Below, piece after piece: positions 35,286-42,070 of a DNA stretch of 42,070 bases; position 1 is the first letter of the stretch; the number at the start of each line of letters is the position of its first letter. The position numbers and the translations under genes are program-made. The notes under the pieces are model-generated. The model saw only the letters and a program-made list of their open reading frames with translations, was not told where the DNA came from and did not search any database. This DNA comes from an uncultured Erysipelotrichaceae bacterium (GTDB lineage: Bacteria; Bacillota_I; Bacilli_A; RF39; UBA660). Location of the stretch: contig CADBMO010000104.1 of NCBI GenBank assembly GCA_902795755.1, forward strand, positions 1 to 42,070, in the 5' to 3' direction.

Positions 35286-36059
35286 ATGAACAATAATAAA
35301 AAAATAAGATTATTAGTAGTAGATGATAATGAACACTATGTTGATATGATTGAAGAGTATTTTTCAGATAATCAAAAAATTGAAGTTGTTGGTAAATGTT
35401 TTGATGGAGAAAGTGGAGTTAAATATATTAAAGAAAACACTAATAAGTTTGACGTTGCTTTGTTAGATTTAATTATGCCTAAGAAAGATGGTTTATACGT
35501 CCTTGAAAATATGCAAAAAAACAAAATTACTAAACCTATTATAGTTTGCACCTCTTTTAACACTGATGAAATAATATCAAAAGTATCTAAGTATAATCCT
35601 AAGGACTTTATTGCTAAACCAATGGATTTAGTAGAATTAGAAGGAAAAATATTGGATGCTGTAATAGAAGTTCCAAAAAATGCAAATAAAACTAATGATC
35701 TTGAAATATCAATTAGTAAATTGTTGCATGATTTAGGTGTTCCATCTCATATTAAAGGTTACCAATACATAAGAGAAGGAGTTTTACTAATGTATAAATC
35801 TCCTGAAATAATTGGTGCTATCACAAAAGAATTATATCCTGAAATAGCTACAAAATATGATACAACTGTATCAAGGGTAGAAAGAGCGATAAGGCATGCA
35901 ATTGAAGTTTCTTGGAACAGGGGAGACGTAGATTTAATGGAGGAAGTTTTTGGACATAGTGTTGATTATGATAGAGCAAAACCTACTAATAGTGAATTTA
36001 TTGTAACTATATCTGATAAATTAAGATTAGAATATAATACCAAAAAAAGTCATATATAG
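35286..36059 (+). CDS. spo0A: Sporulation master regulator Spo0A
   Basis: Receiver domain (LLVVDDN, ALLDLIMPKKDG, AKP). The Spo0A-specific C-terminal domain is present: VPSHIKGYQYIREGV...ITKELYPEIA.KYDTTVSRVERAIRHAIEVSWNRG...KPTNSEFI. Confidence 0.95.
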   Translation: MNNNKKIRLLVVDDNEHYVDMIEEYFSDNQKIEVVGKCFDGESGVKYIKENTNKFDVALLDLIMPKKDGLYVLENMQKNKITKPIIVCTSFNTDEIISKVSKYNPKDFIAKPMDLVELEGKILDAVIEVPKNANKTNDLEISISKLLHDLGVPSHIKGYQYIREGVLLMYKSPEIIGAITKELYPEIATKYDTTVSRVERAIRHAIEVSWNRGDVDLMEEVFGHSVDYDRAKPTNSEFIVTISDKLRLEYNTKKSHI

Positions 36060-36070
36060 TGACTTTTTTT
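36042..36070 (+). terminator. Rho-independent terminator overlapping the spo0A stop
   Basis: aaaAAGTCAtatatagTGACTTttttt. Confidence 0.7.
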
Positions 36071-36118
36071 AATTATTTTAAATAAATAATGATATAATTA
36101 TTATAAGGAGGGAATAAA

Positions 36119-36778
36119 ATGAACGACGGAAGAATGCAATCTTTTTTTACAAAAGTATATACATGGATGTTTATTGGACTACTAGTATCAGGTGCTGTTG
36201 CTTACATAACATCAATCAATACTGCACTTTTTAGTATATTAGTAAGTGGTTTTTGGCTTATTATCATAGCAGAATTGGGACTTGTTATAGCAATTAGTGC
36301 ATTAATTAAGAAGATATCCCCTACGGTAGCTAAAGTGCTGTACTTACTTTATTCAGCTGTTAACGGTTTTACTTTAGCATCCATATTTATGGTATATAAA
36401 TTAGATAGTATAGTATTTGTATTTTTATCAACAGCAATTTTATTTGCGGCACTTGCATTATATGGATATACAACCAAAAATGATTTAACTGGATTTGGTA
36501 AAATATTGTTAGCAGGCTTAATTGCAATAATTATTATGTCCATAGTAAATATTTTTACTGGTGGCAATACTTTAGGAGTAATAATATCAATTATTTCAGT
36601 TGTTATCTTTTCAGGTTTAACTGCCTATGATATGCAAAAACTAAAGAATCTATATAATTATTATGCGTCTGATGATACAATGGTTGATAGAATTGCGATA
36701 TATGGTGCACTTGATTTATATTTAGATTTTATAAACATATTCATTAAACTATTAAGATTATTTGGAAAGAGAAAATAA
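36119..36778 (+). CDS. BAX inhibitor-1/YccA family membrane protein
   Basis: Seven TM segments. FFTKVYTWMFIGLLVSG N-terminus and a C-terminal GALDLYLDFINIFI..LR, typical of BI-1/YbhL proteins. Confidence 0.85.
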   Translation: MNDGRMQSFFTKVYTWMFIGLLVSGAVAYITSINTALFSILVSGFWLIIIAELGLVIAISALIKKISPTVAKVLYLLYSAVNGFTLASIFMVYKLDSIVFVFLSTAILFAALALYGYTTKNDLTGFGKILLAGLIAIIIMSIVNIFTGGNTLGVIISIISVVIFSGLTAYDMQKLKNLYNYYASDDTMVDRIAIYGALDLYLDFINIFIKLLRLFGKRK

Positions 36779-36806
36779 AGAACCTCGAGGTCCTTTATTT
36801 TTGTTT
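36777..36806 (+). terminator. Rho-independent terminator
   Basis: AAAGAACCtcgaGGTCCTTT followed by a T-rich tract (one mismatch in the stem). Confidence 0.65.
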
Positions 36807-36909
36807 ACACATATATTTACAACACATCAACAATTATGTTGACGTGTTTTTTACAAAAGAGTATCATATAATTGTAAAATACAAAAGAAGGTAAAAAAGG
36901 AGTAAAAAA

Positions 36910-38037
36910 ATGAAAAAAGGAAAATTATTATTAGTTGGTACTGCATTACTAACTAGTCTAATGTTTGCAACAGGTGTAAAAGCAGATGGACCAACGCGTA
37001 TTTATCCAGTATATGGTAATGGCAACACAGTAAATTGGGATAATCAAAATTTTATGCAATGTACTCAAATACAAGGTTCATGTAAGGAATATGTTGTTTC
37101 AAATGATTCTGGCGCAGAAGATGAAGAAATAACATTGACAAATGGTAGTGAAGTAATTAATCTAAACAAAGTAGCATTATCTGGTGGGTACGTTTTAGTA
37201 ACCACACAGGAACAACCGCAAGACAATTATTTTTTGGCTGGGGAAGTAGATGGAATTGGTGATGGTGATCCTGCAGATGTACCTGGTTTTGTATATTATG
37301 AATTCTATGACCAATTTGCAGATGCAAGCGAATACATAAATATAGCAAACAACGAGGCAAATAATGGTCGTTATGTAACGATTATATCTAAATACTTATC
37401 AGACATGTTTAGTTCGGCACAAACACTTACAATAAACAAAAATGTAACTGTTATTACACAATATTTGGATGTATTAAATTTAGTAAATAATGGTAAAATA
37501 AAAACCGGTTCTATATCAGCAAATAATGTAACTGGTAATGGACATATTGAATTAGTATATAATGCATATCCTGAGGGAGACCCATTTATAGATGCTAATC
37601 GTTTATCTATTAGTTCAATATCAGGTGTTAGTGTAGATGTAAAGAATGCAAATGTTAATAAAGGAATGCATTTTGGATTTTTAGGATGGGATGACGAAAT
37701 ATCAAAAGAAGATGCACAGAAATTAGTTGATCAATTAAATAAAGTAAAAGGTTCGACTTTAAACGGATATAAAGTTGTATTAAAAGAAACCACGTTACTT
37801 ACGGAAGATCCAAACACTGCAGGTGTTGGCTTTGAAAATGATAAATTTTATATAGGTGTATTAGAAAAAGACGAAACTGCAGCAACTGCAAATAGTGCTA
37901 AAAATAATATAGTTAATAAGTTAAAAGCTGCTGTTAAAAACCCTAAAACAGCTGATGCGTTGTTTACTATTTTAGGTACGCTAGTATTAGCTGGTGGTGT
38001 ATTTGTAGTAACCGTTAAAAAAGCTAAACAAAAATAA
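36910..38037 (+). CDS. Secreted cell-wall-anchored protein with a class B-type sorting signal (NPKTA)
   Basis: Signal peptide MKKGKLLLVGTALLTSLMFATGVKADG. The C-terminus is NPKTADALFTILGTLVLAGGVFVVTVKKAKQK (motif, hydrophobic stretch, basic tail). The passenger domain is not recognised. Confidence 0.75.
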   Translation: MKKGKLLLVGTALLTSLMFATGVKADGPTRIYPVYGNGNTVNWDNQNFMQCTQIQGSCKEYVVSNDSGAEDEEITLTNGSEVINLNKVALSGGYVLVTTQEQPQDNYFLAGEVDGIGDGDPADVPGFVYYEFYDQFADASEYINIANNEANNGRYVTIISKYLSDMFSSAQTLTINKNVTVITQYLDVLNLVNNGKIKTGSISANNVTGNGHIELVYNAYPEGDPFIDANRLSISSISGVSVDVKNANVNKGMHFGFLGWDDEISKEDAQKLVDQLNKVKGSTLNGYKVVLKETTLLTEDPNTAGVGFENDKFYIGVLEKDETAATANSAKNNIVNKLKAAVKNPKTADALFTILGTLVLAGGVFVVTVKKAKQK

Positions 38038-38042
38038 TAATA

Positions 38043-38066
38043 GATAGCGAAAGCTATCTTTTTTAG
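38043..38066 (+). terminator. Rho-independent terminator (GNRA-loop hairpin)
   Basis: AGATAGCgaaaGCTATCT followed by T5. It ends 4 nt before the srtB ORF start. Confidence 0.7.
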
Positions 38067-38069
38067 AAG

Positions 38070-39209
38070 ATGGTGATTGACGTGACTGAAAATTGGAGAA
38101 AAAGATACTCGTTTTTGACAAAACAAGAACAAGATATACTTTATATGTTATCAAAATCTGGTATTGAATACACTGATATAAAGCACATGAGTAAAGATAG
38201 ATTTGCCCTTTTTATAAATGAGTATATTAAAGAATTAAAGAAAATAAATAAGAGCTCAAATTATAATAATGAGGTAGAAGTTTCAGACCATGATGTAGAT
38301 ACTGTTTTTTACATGAGAAAAAATAAAATTAACATAAATAAAGTGATGAATAAGCTTAACTTTGTAAAAAACTTAAATATATCTTGTTATCCAAATATGA
38401 AACAAACATATAGTCGCATCAATTCAAGATTTATTAAAAACAAAATAATAAACACGTTGGTTATGGTAGTCGCTTTTGCGTTTTTCCTTTCAGGGTCTTT
38501 AAGTTTAAACATTTGGAATAAGGATAACAAAAAAACTAAAAAGTTGGAAGCGAGTATTATCAAAAACATAAAAGTTGGTGAAATAAAAACTAATAAAGAT
38601 AGTTTTTTAAGCGAAGAAGATTACGACTTGTATAAAGACATTAGATCTTTAAACGTTGATTTTAATAAACTAAATGAAATGAACGCTGATACAAAAGGAT
38701 GGGTTTATTTAACTGGAACAACGGTAAACTATCCATTTGTACAATCAAATGATAACGAATATTATTTGAATCATGATTTTAATAAAAAAGTAAATCAAAA
38801 AGGTTGGGTATTTCTTGATTTTAGGAATGATATAAATGGTTTTGATAAAAATACAATCTTATATGCGCATGGCCTTATTAATGAAAAAATGTTTGGTGGA
38901 ATGAGAAACGTGTTTAAAAAAGAATGGCTTAATAACCAAAACAATCATATTATTAAGTTGTCTACAAATAATCATAAGCAATTATGGAGAGTTTTTTCAA
39001 TATATAAAATAAAACCTGAGGAATATTACATTACTACTTATTTTAATAACAATAATGAATATGGTAAGTTTGTGAAGACAATAAAAGAAAGAAGTGAATA
39101 TGATTTTAACGTTGGTGTGAGTACCGATGATAGAATTCTTACATTATCTAGTTGCTATTCTAAAGGAACAAGAATGGTTGTTCACGCAAAGTTAATTAGT
39201 AATGAGTAA
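38070..39209 (+). CDS. srtB: Class B sortase with a long N-terminal extension
   Basis: TKGWVYLTGTTVNYPFVQSNDNEYYLNHDF, catalytic His in TILYAHG, Cys in LTLSSC, and Arg in TRMVVHAKL. A TM segment lies at about aa 128-148. The ORF stays open for 109 codons upstream of the SrtB-like MKQTYSR start (38397). The true start is uncertain. Confidence 0.8.
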   Translation: MVIDVTENWRKRYSFLTKQEQDILYMLSKSGIEYTDIKHMSKDRFALFINEYIKELKKINKSSNYNNEVEVSDHDVDTVFYMRKNKININKVMNKLNFVKNLNISCYPNMKQTYSRINSRFIKNKIINTLVMVVAFAFFLSGSLSLNIWNKDNKKTKKLEASIIKNIKVGEIKTNKDSFLSEEDYDLYKDIRSLNVDFNKLNEMNADTKGWVYLTGTTVNYPFVQSNDNEYYLNHDFNKKVNQKGWVFLDFRNDINGFDKNTILYAHGLINEKMFGGMRNVFKKEWLNNQNNHIIKLSTNNHKQLWRVFSIYKIKPEEYYITTYFNNNNEYGKFVKTIKERSEYDFNVGVSTDDRILTLSSCYSKGTRMVVHAKLISNE

Positions 39210-39238
39210 AAAAGATTACGAAAAGTGATCTTTTTTTT
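39208..39238 (+). terminator. Rho-independent terminator
   Basis: AGATTACgaaaaGTGATCT followed by T8. Confidence 0.8.
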
Positions 39239-39308
39239 GTATACTTTTATATAAAAATAATAGAATTTTATGTAGTGTAAAAAAAATAAAAAAAGTGCTA
39301 AAAACCCC

Positions 39309-39337
39309 TTGAAATAAGGGAATTCTTATGCTACAAT
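39309..39337 (+). promoter_or_regulatory. Sigma-A promoter of the S10 ribosomal protein operon
   Basis: TTGAAA (39309-39314), a 17-nt spacer ending in TGC, then TACAAT (39332-39337). Confidence 0.75.
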
Positions 39338-39343
39338 GGTAAC

Positions 39344-39474
39344 TGCGTGTAGATGCATAGATGTGCGAGGTTGCTGATACACCCGGTGGAGTTGCTGTTA
39401 TAAAACAACGGGAAATCAGGTAATTCGTTCGGAGCTAGTCTATACCAGATATAGGCGAAGGGAGGATTTAAAGT
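39344..39474 (+). promoter_or_regulatory. Structured ~130-nt 5' leader of the S10 operon (candidate r-protein autoregulatory element)
   Basis: This stretch is relatively G+C-rich. Nested pairings are possible: CTGAT (39374-78) with ATCAG (39415-19), CCCG (39382-85) with CGGG (39409-12), and TGTT (39396-99) with AACA (39404-07). A hairpin GTCTATAccagaTATAGGC (39438-39456) abuts the SD. Confidence 0.4.
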
Positions 39475-39777
39475 ATGTCAAATAAAATTCGAATCAAATT
39501 AAAAGCATATGAACATCGTTCTTTAGATCTAGCTGCTTCTAAAATTGTAGAAACAGTTAAACGTACAGGTGGAAAGGTATCTGGTCCAGTACCATTACCA
39601 ACAGAAATCCAAAAGTACACTATTTTAAGAGCTGTTCATAAATATAAAGATTCACGCGAACAATTCGAAATGCGTACGCACAAGAGATTAATTGATATTA
39701 CATCACCAAGCAAGGAAACTATTGATGCTTTACAACATCTTGATTTACCTAGCGGTGTTGAAATAGAAATAAAGTAA
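39475..39777 (+). CDS. rpsJ: 30S ribosomal protein S10
   Basis: [14 protein letters not shown]...VSGPVPLPT...[28 protein letters not shown]. Confidence 0.98.
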   Translation: MSNKIRIKLKAYEHRSLDLAASKIVETVKRTGGKVSGPVPLPTEIQKYTILRAVHKYKDSREQFEMRTHKRLIDITSPSKETIDALQHLDLPSGVEIEIK

Positions 39778-39792
39778 TTATAGGAGGAAAAA

Positions 39793-40596
39793 ATGGAAAG
39801 AAAAGGAATCTTAGGTCGTAAACTAGGAATGACTCAAGTTTTCGAAAAAAATGGAAAACTAGTTCCTGTTACCGTAGTTGAAGTTGAACCAAATACTGTT
39901 ACTCAAATTAAAACGGTTGAAACTGATGGCTACGAAGCAATCCAATTAGGCTTTGAAACTAAAAGAGAAAAATTAAGTAACAAAGCTGAACTTGGACATG
40001 TAAAAAAAGCTAATGCTGCTCCTAAGCGCTTCTTAAAGGAGATCCGCGGAGTTGACGTTAGCAAATATAGCCTTGGTCAAGAACTTACTTGTGAAGTTTT
40101 TGAAGAAGGTGAAATGGTTGATGTTACCGGAACTTCTAAAGGTAAAGGTTTCCAAGGTGTAATTAAACGTTACAATCAATCAAGAGGTCCTATGGGACAC
40201 GGTTCAAAATACCACAGAGGTGTTGGTTCGTTAGGAACAATGAGACCAATGCGTGTATTTAAAGGTAAGAAATTACCTGGACATATGGGACATGTTACTG
40301 TTACTATGCAAAATTTAGAAATAGTTGCAGTTATGCCTGAAGATAACGTTATCTTAATTAAAGGAAATGTTCCAGGTCCTAAAAAGTCTTTAGTTATCAT
40401 CAAATCAGCTATTAAAAAGCCAAACGTAAAAAAAGATAAAATAGAATTAATTTCTTATAAAACAGAAGAAGTTAAAGAAGAAACTGAAGTAGAAGAAGTT
40501 GCAGTTGAACAAGCAGCAGAAGAAACTACTTTAGAAAACGTAGAAGCTGAAGCTGAAGTTGAAGCTAACGAAGCATCACAAGAAGAAGCTGAATAA
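39793..40596 (+). CDS. rplC: 50S ribosomal protein L3 with a ~58-aa acidic C-terminal extension
   Basis: [28 protein letters not shown], and PGHMG motifs. The canonical uL3 core ends near aa 209 and is followed by a Glu/Ala/Val-rich tail. Confidence 0.96.
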   Translation: MERKGILGRKLGMTQVFEKNGKLVPVTVVEVEPNTVTQIKTVETDGYEAIQLGFETKREKLSNKAELGHVKKANAAPKRFLKEIRGVDVSKYSLGQELTCEVFEEGEMVDVTGTSKGKGFQGVIKRYNQSRGPMGHGSKYHRGVGSLGTMRPMRVFKGKKLPGHMGHVTVTMQNLEIVAVMPEDNVILIKGNVPGPKKSLVIIKSAIKKPNVKKDKIELISYKTEEVKEETEVEEVAVEQAAEETTLENVEAEAEVEANEASQEEAE

Positions 40597-40650
40597 TAAA
40601 GTCAGTATTTATTTAAGAAAGCTAACATGTGATGAAAGGAGGAATTTAAA

Positions 40651-41277
40651 ATGCCAAAGACAGCACTTTTAAGTTTGAAAGGTGAAAAAATTAAAGACAT
40701 TAAATTAGATGATAACGTATGGGGTATTACTCCAAACGATCAAGTAGTATATGAATCAGTTGTTTTAACAAGAGCTGCATTAAGACAAGGTTCTCATAAA
40801 GTTAAGACACGTAGTGAAGTTTCTGGTGGTGGAAGAAAGCCATGGAGACAAAAAGGAACTGGTAATGCTCGTCAAGGGTCTATCAGAGCTCCTCATTTCG
40901 TAGGTGGTGGAATTGTATTTGGACCATCAAACGAAAGAAACTATAACAAGAAAATGAATAAAAAGGAACGTCGTTTAGCACTAAGATCTGCACTTACTTA
41001 CAAAATAAACGACAAAGAAGTTATTGCAATTGAAAAGTTTGATGCAAAAACTAATAAGACAAAAGATATGATTAAGTTATTAGACAGCTTAAAGATTACT
41101 GGTAAGGCTTTAATAGTTACTACTGAACTTACAGAAAATACTATTTTAGCAACTAGAAACTTATCAAATGTTAAATTAATTTTAGCAAACGAACTTAACA
41201 CATATGACATTTTAAACTGTGATAAATTAGTTATTACAGAAGATGCAATAAAATACGTTGAGGAGGTGCTTAAGTAA
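40651..41277 (+). CDS. rplD: 50S ribosomal protein L4
   Basis: KTRSEVSGGGRKPWRQKGTGNARQGSIRAPHFVGGG. Confidence 0.98.
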   Translation: MPKTALLSLKGEKIKDIKLDDNVWGITPNDQVVYESVVLTRAALRQGSHKVKTRSEVSGGGRKPWRQKGTGNARQGSIRAPHFVGGGIVFGPSNERNYNKKMNKKERRLALRSALTYKINDKEVIAIEKFDAKTNKTKDMIKLLDSLKITGKALIVTTELTENTILATRNLSNVKLILANELNTYDILNCDKLVITEDAIKYVEEVLK

Positions 41278-41558
41278 TGAGTTCATACAGAGACATAATA
41301 ATAGCACCAGTTGTTACTGAAAAAACAGCTAACTTATCTGCAGATGGTAAGAAAATAGTATTTAAAGTTGCTAAAGAAGCAAATAAAGTACAAATTAAAC
41401 AAGCAATTGAAAAAATATTCAATGTTAAAGTGACAAACGTTAACACTGTAAACGTTCGTCCAAAGAAAAAGAGAGTAGGACGCTACGAAGGAGCTACAAA
41501 GGCTTACAAAAAAGCTTATATTACATTAGCTGAAGGTAGTAAACTAGATTTAAACTAA
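41277..41558 (+). CDS. rplW: 50S ribosomal protein L23
   Basis: IIIAPVVTEKT...VFKVAKEANKVQIKQAIEKIFNVKV. The start overlaps the rplD stop. Confidence 0.97.
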   Translation: MSSYRDIIIAPVVTEKTANLSADGKKIVFKVAKEANKVQIKQAIEKIFNVKVTNVNTVNVRPKKKRVGRYEGATKAYKKAYITLAEGSKLDLN

Positions 41559-41573
41559 TAAGGAGGAAATAAA

Positions 41574-42070
41574 ATGCCAGTTAGAAAATATAGACCAACG
41601 ACCAATGGTGTAAGAGGAATGAGTATATTAGTTAATGGCGAAATTACTAAGAGTACTCCAGAAAAAAGCCTTTTAGCACCTAAGAAAAAGACTAATGGTC
41701 GTAATAACTATGGTCGAATCACGGTAAGACATCGTGGTGGTGGTGAAAAAAGAAAATATCGTAAAATCGATTTTAAAAGAAACAAATTTGATATTACTGG
41801 TAAGGTAGCATCTATAGAATACGATCCAAATAGAAGTGCAAACATTGCATTAATTAATTATAAAGATGGTGAAAAAAGATACATTATCGCTCCTAACGGA
41901 TTAAAAGTTGGGGATATCATCGTAAGTGGACAAAACGTAGATGTTAAAGTTGGTAACGCTATGCCAATTATGAACATACCAGTAGGTACTGTAATTCACA
42001 ATATTGAAATGAGACCAGGAAAGGGTGGACAAATAGCACGTAGTGCTGGTCAAAGTGCACAAATTCTTGG
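41574..42070 (+). CDS. rplB: 50S ribosomal protein L2 (5' part; truncated by the window end)
   Basis: ATG at 41574 after AGGAGG. Translation is [17 protein letters not shown]...[21 protein letters not shown]. This ORF is absent from the ORF track because it runs off the window. Confidence 0.95.
   Translation, partial: MPVRKYRPTTNGVRGMSILVNGEITKSTPEKSLLAPKKKTNGRNNYGRITVRHRGGGEKRKYRKIDFKRNKFDITGKVASIEYDPNRSANIALINYKDGEKRYIIAPNGLKVGDIIVSGQNVDVKVGNAMPIMNIPVGTVIHNIEMRPGKGGQIARSAGQSAQIL

Noticed and set aside
1-42070. Search for CRISPR arrays, transposases or integrases, prophage genes, toxin-antitoxin pairs, tRNA/rRNA genes or a classic defence island.
   Set aside because: No regularly spaced direct repeats are present, and no ORF has recombinase, transposase or phage hallmarks. 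No intergenic region is long enough for an rRNA, and none contains a tRNA-like cloverleaf. The window reads as core chromosome.

Overview
This is an AT-rich chromosomal segment (roughly 30% G+C by eye, not computed) from a low-GC, spore-forming member of the Bacillota. Spo0A and the spore-coat protein GerQ are both present. The gene content resembles Erysipelotrichia or Clostridia, but the species cannot be named from sequence alone. The genetic code is standard, with TGA used as a stop at 13837-13839 and 32824-32826. The window is almost entirely conserved housekeeping DNA, and about 43 of 46 genes lie on the + strand. Gene order is as follows: whiA, parA-parB-mscS-DUF951-abgT-like-hypothetical, ychF, rpsF-ssb-rpsR, a Sel1-repeat gene, rplI-dnaB-M23 peptidase-yycJ-rlmH, an EEP nuclease-ung-hypothetical cluster, lemA and gerQ (- strand), pduL, dusB. 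These are followed by a split YfcC-like permease, a divergent ClpC-like ATPase, cysS, clpP (- strand), a TGS-uridine-kinase fusion, gap, an Ig-domain membrane protein, and pgk-flippase-like-GT4-tpiA. The window ends with spo0A, a BI-1 family protein, a sortase B substrate plus srtB, and the start of the S10 ribosomal operon (rpsJ-rplC-rplD-rplW-rplB, truncated at the window end). I see no rRNA or tRNA genes, no CRISPR array, no transposase or integrase, and no recognisable defence island. Intergenic regions are short (the longest is about 265 nt) and are mostly explained by hairpin plus T-run terminators and TGn-extended -10 promoters. I therefore cannot point to a clear novel multi-gene system. 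The most unusual things I can support are listed below. (1) A 10-codon upstream ORF with tandem Cys codons in the cysS leader, whose Cys codons can pair with the cysS SD. (2) A two-gene sortase B locus with an NPKTA substrate and a sortase carrying about 110 extra N-terminal residues. (3) A YfcC-type permease split into two translationally coupled genes, with a Lys/Ala/Pro tail and a DUF5684 module at the break. (4) A ClpC paralogue with a degenerate second ATPase domain. (5) Glycolytic genes fused into an operon with glycolipid-synthesis genes, plus a triosephosphate isomerase with atypical phosphate-binding loops. All family assignments come from motif recall. No database search was run.
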